Shown: in pieces, positions 36,575 through 40,227 of the stretch
How positions within the stretch are numbered: position 1 is the first letter of the stretch
Layout: every line of letters starts with the position of its first letter
DNA from: Sphaeroforma arctica JP610
Taxonomy: Eukaryota
Direction: 5' to 3'
DNA length: 40,227 nucleotides
NCBI RefSeq assembly: GCF_001186125.1
Contig: NW_014039737.1
Coordinates: 1-40,227, forward strand
Notes under the pieces: generated by a model
Database searches by the model: none
Seen by the model: only the letters and a program-made list of their open reading frames with translations
Told to the model about the DNA's origin: nothing
Program-made: the position numbers and the translations under genes

Positions 36575-36841
36575 CTAATAGCATTGGAATTCCGGAATCT
36601 TCAAAAGGCTCAGTAAGCCAAGATCTGGCAGGTAAGCCTGCAACCATTGGGGAGACGCTCGTGCAAGAGTGCCGAAGTACAATGGGAGCGTTAGCACGCC
36701 AAACAGTAACCATAGCAACGTGCTGATGATTCGGATTGGACGTCGCCCACCTGACAGTGTCCAATACTTTTCCAAACTCACAGCCACACCGTGCAGAACG
36801 AAGAATAGCACAGCATGCGGCGCCCGGACGCCAAAGACCAC
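36575..36841 (-). CDS. MBOAT terminal exon (FFVLHGVAVSLE plus hydrophobic helix)
   Basis: CCTCTCGCACAG acceptor, in frame with the catalytic exon, TAG stop. Confidence 0.85.
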   Translation of the reverse strand: MVFGVRAPHAVLFFVLHGVAVSLEKYWTLSGGRRPIRIISTLLWLLFGVLTLPLYFGTLARASPQWLQAYLPDLGLLSLLKIPEFQCY

Positions 36842-39800
36842 CTGTGCGAGAGGACGGGTGAGATAACGATATATTAAGAGCCTCCCAATGCCGGATTGTA
36901 TTGGTTTCTCTACACAAAAACCACCAATGGTTAGGTATCACAATAAGCGGGCGAATCTTTCTCAATTGATCTGCGGGTGCACAAAAGTCCATGGGTACGT
37001 CTCTAAGAAGAATCTTTGCGTAGTAATGTCGTGAAGAGAGACTTCACCCGATGGACAAATATATGCTTTGACACAATGTGTCAATTCTACAGTTGTTCTG
37101 ATTGTACGCGTGTAAAGCTATCTGCTTAAGAGGCGCTAGTTTCTAAGTACAGTGCCAGAATATGCAACACGGCTGAAGATACAAACAACGGTCGACTCAA
37201 TGCAAGAGTCATTCATGGATATAGAATCTCGCGGACAGCATGGGTACCCTAAGTTCGGCACAACAACTTCGCAGCAAATTTGTAGCGATTAATTGAAGTA
37301 TCGTTGTATGAATCAAATAGACACCAATCGGGTGATGATAAGTTTAGACATGCGAACCGACACATTGGCAAGTCCCGAATAAGTAGCCCAGATAAGTCCA
37401 CACGTACTGGTATCACCTTTGTTTGGGACTGCCTGAAGCGTGGGAATCACGCGGCTCTGTGATATAGAATTCACCGACAACGTATTTGCCCATGTACAAC
37501 GAACAACCACTATGTAATAGATATGAGATAGTAGAGCTACAGTTGTACGCTCATATGTAGACACACACTTTTAATTCGACATCAACAACAACTAACACAT
37601 ATTGGAAAGCATATTGGGATACATGAACCACATGCAATGTATCCTAGCAATACCTCAACGGTGTACGCATGCATGGCACCGCTAATCAGGAACGCAGCCA
37701 TGGCACTGACCACCGGCGATTCAGTCTTCTTCACAGCGGGCGCGCACACAGTGAGAGCCAAGACATTGCGCGTTATCAAACCCCACCGATGGCCCCAGAA
37801 ATCCTCCGCCGACGATGCCAGGAAAGGATCCTGGAATGTCACCTGGACATTCAGCCTGTAATAGAGAGAGAAGCACTTTGGTCAGGTAGGGTACGCATGT
37901 ATATATAATCACGCAACTATAGCTAGATAGAAGTTTAACGTACGTGCGACCCAAACGATAGCTATATAACTCTAAGGCATAATTTAGTTAATATTCCCCA
38001 CTATTGAGGTCAGCTGGATACATAACCGATTTTTTTATTATTCAACGATCAGTATACTTATCGCAGGTACGTGGGTGATGCGTGTGCCTGGTATAAGTCC
38101 TGGAGGCGTGTGTGTTGCATGCTTGTTTATTAGTTTGTATGTCGCGTGTCATGCGTGTATATGTATAGTGCGTCGTGCATTTCCTGCGTGTGTGCTTCGG
38201 ATGCTGGCTTTTATCGCATACCAAATGTACACACAAAAATATGCTTTTGAGTTTTACTACTGGCTCAACTGAAGTACATCTATGTATAGAGCATGTATGT
38301 AGATTCCTATACAAAACCACCTACGGAACCCCATCATCGATTTGTTCCCGAGTAATAGCATCAACCCAAGAGCACACACAGAGTGCCCACTCTTGAGACA
38401 ACAACCCAACGTTACCATATCATTTGTAATTCCGTCACTGTTAACGGGGCAGCACATACAATCAGCGAACAGACAAACACATATAAACAACGCGTATATA
38501 CCAACCATCTATTTTCAGCCCTCGAGACCAGCACATACACACAATTCAAAGCCTGCACACACCCATATCACTGGACGATAAAAAAGCGGTATGTGCAATC
38601 CATCACTTACGTATCGTTTGTTAGCAGGGGCAGCAAACCCTTCTGCATTTGGTAGTGGAACAAGGCCACAGTGGCGGAGTGGATAAAAAACACCGTGGAA
38701 TATGCGACCTGTCGTTATAGAGAACAGGCATGGAATTGGATTGAGGACGAGAAAGATAAAGGGAGGTGAGATAAAGACTTCAACACACTACAGACTGTAG
38801 ATATTGTCATTATATGAAAGATTATCGCTACAATGTGCTGGCGAGGGCCACGATGGCAGAGTAGAAATAGATACTATTTATGCGACCGGCAGTGGTGAAC
38901 TTGAATAATCGAGACACACAAGGTTGAGAAATTGCCCGGTACAAAGTAGATCATTTTATCGGAGTGGGATTTGACCTGCCGTACTGCAACGAAACTTTGT
39001 CACGTAACTTAAGATTGTGAGTCCTATCACAGCTCTTCTGGCAGACCTCAAAACGAACCACTGTGGAATGCAATCTGTTCTGTCAGTTGCAAAATACTTA
39101 CCAATAGTTCGATGGACAAAAGTAACAAACGCACCCAATGGACTCGGTAGCATGTAGGTTCCGAGAAAGCCCTGAACCTATAAATAAGCAACTGGCACAA
39201 CTAACAATCACGCAAAATACTCAAAAATAAAACGAAGCCCGCTGGTTGCACCCATCATTTGCACAACGACAGATTTGCAATACTATGAATACGCATCCAT
39301 ACGCACACTCGGCAAACACGAGCATGACTGGATGTATCTGTGAAAGACCACGACACCTACAAATGTATAGTGACTTCCCCATAAACATGTACTCGAGTAG
39401 TGTATCGCACATACAACATGAATACATATAATGAATCGTATACACGCGCATATATACGTGTAATATATTACGTTGAGCTCACCTGGTGAGTGTAGCTAAC
39501 CAGCATCTGATGGACCCCGCCGCCGAGGCAGCGCATGAGCCAAATCCACGATGTATTGACTACATACAGGTACACGGCCGCCTTCATTAGGCTGAACATA
39601 CACTCCCTGTGCGTATAAGCCATGTGTTTCGGGTTCAAAAGGTTTCATATGTTTGAAAGTATAGCCAATTTCCAAAGAAACCAAAAAAGCGTGTGCGCGC
39701 CACCATTTAAAGTCTGTAAGGTAGGATCTAACCAATTACTATAAACACACTACAATGCATACATGTCAGTTTCTGCCTGCAGAGCCGCAATCTGTATCAG

Positions 39801-40201
39801 ATCTCCTGCAAACGAACCGTAGCGATATGGAGTACAATCACATGAGAGCATTACACGAAGCTACCATATACCACGTTCTACATGCCGAGATAGAAAGCTC
39901 CCTGGAGGGGCAACTAGAATCAAAGACATGAACGCTAGTTAAGATAAGCGGTAAGCAATCAGATCAGCTAAGCACAAGAACTACATGACGTAAGGATACA
40001 CTCTAAGAAACAGTATACCTAATAAACTCACCTTACTAATACTTTATGTCGTTTCCTAATTTTCGGTTCTATATACACATAAGGCAGGAGAGTGAACAGA
40101 GTCCCCTGCAGGAACATTAGGAAAGACACCTCCTTCCACTTGTCCTTTTCTTTATCGTCGTCATCATCGACTTCCAGATGCACGGACGTCATCCGCATGG
40201 A
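36575..40201 (-). CDS. Membrane-bound O-acyltransferase of wax synthase (MBOAT_2) type, 3' part; 5' end probably outside the window
   Basis: Manual join 40201-40032, 39606-39483, 38708-38611, 37855-37654, 36841-36575 (GT-AG, phases 0/2, 2/0, 0/2, 2/0, 0/stop) gives an open frame with FQDPFLASSAEDFWGHRW, AFLISGAMH and FFVLHGVAVSLE, matching plant/fungal wax-synthase motifs. Confidence 0.82.
37654..37855 (-). CDS. MBOAT catalytic exon (FQDPFLASS..DFWGHRW..FLISGAMH)
   Basis: CTCTCTATTACAG acceptor, GAG|GTATTG donor, family signature with the catalytic His. Confidence 0.9.
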
Positions 40202-40227
40202 CTAAAATATCAAAAAAGATTAAATAT

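Noticed and set aside
38685..38690. Frameshift in an A6 run making the MBOAT gene a pseudogene
   Set aside because: Unnecessary: splicing 39483 directly to 38708 and 38611 to 37855 gives an intact frame.

Overview
Eukaryotic, intron-rich genomic DNA with many (TA)n/(TG)n microsatellites and several assembly gaps. The gene content and sequence style are compatible with a unicellular opisthokont/holozoan, but that is inference only. Four protein-coding genes are supported. (1) An intronless minus-strand gene (865-3234) for a 789-aa protein with a ~510-aa Ser-rich N-terminus and a degenerate Ras-family G domain. (2) A 15-exon plus-strand gene (13325-31832, ~2105 aa when spliced by hand, all GT-AG phases consistent) encoding SNAPC4/SNAP190 with the diagnostic 4.5 Myb repeats. 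(3) An intronless secreted protein (34285-34983) with six 10-11 aa repeats, each starting with an N-glycosylation sequon. (4) The 3' part of a minus-strand wax-synthase-type MBOAT acyltransferase (five exons, 36575-40201), probably continuing past the window. The ~10 kb between genes 1 and 2 looks non-coding. It holds a 58-bp inverted repeat, minisatellites, AT-rich dispersed repeats and a 'stuttered' micro-duplication texture, suggestive of decayed non-autonomous DNA transposons. No RNA gene, CRISPR array or intact transposase was found. I found no clear multi-gene novel system; the best leads are individual atypical proteins and repeat structures.
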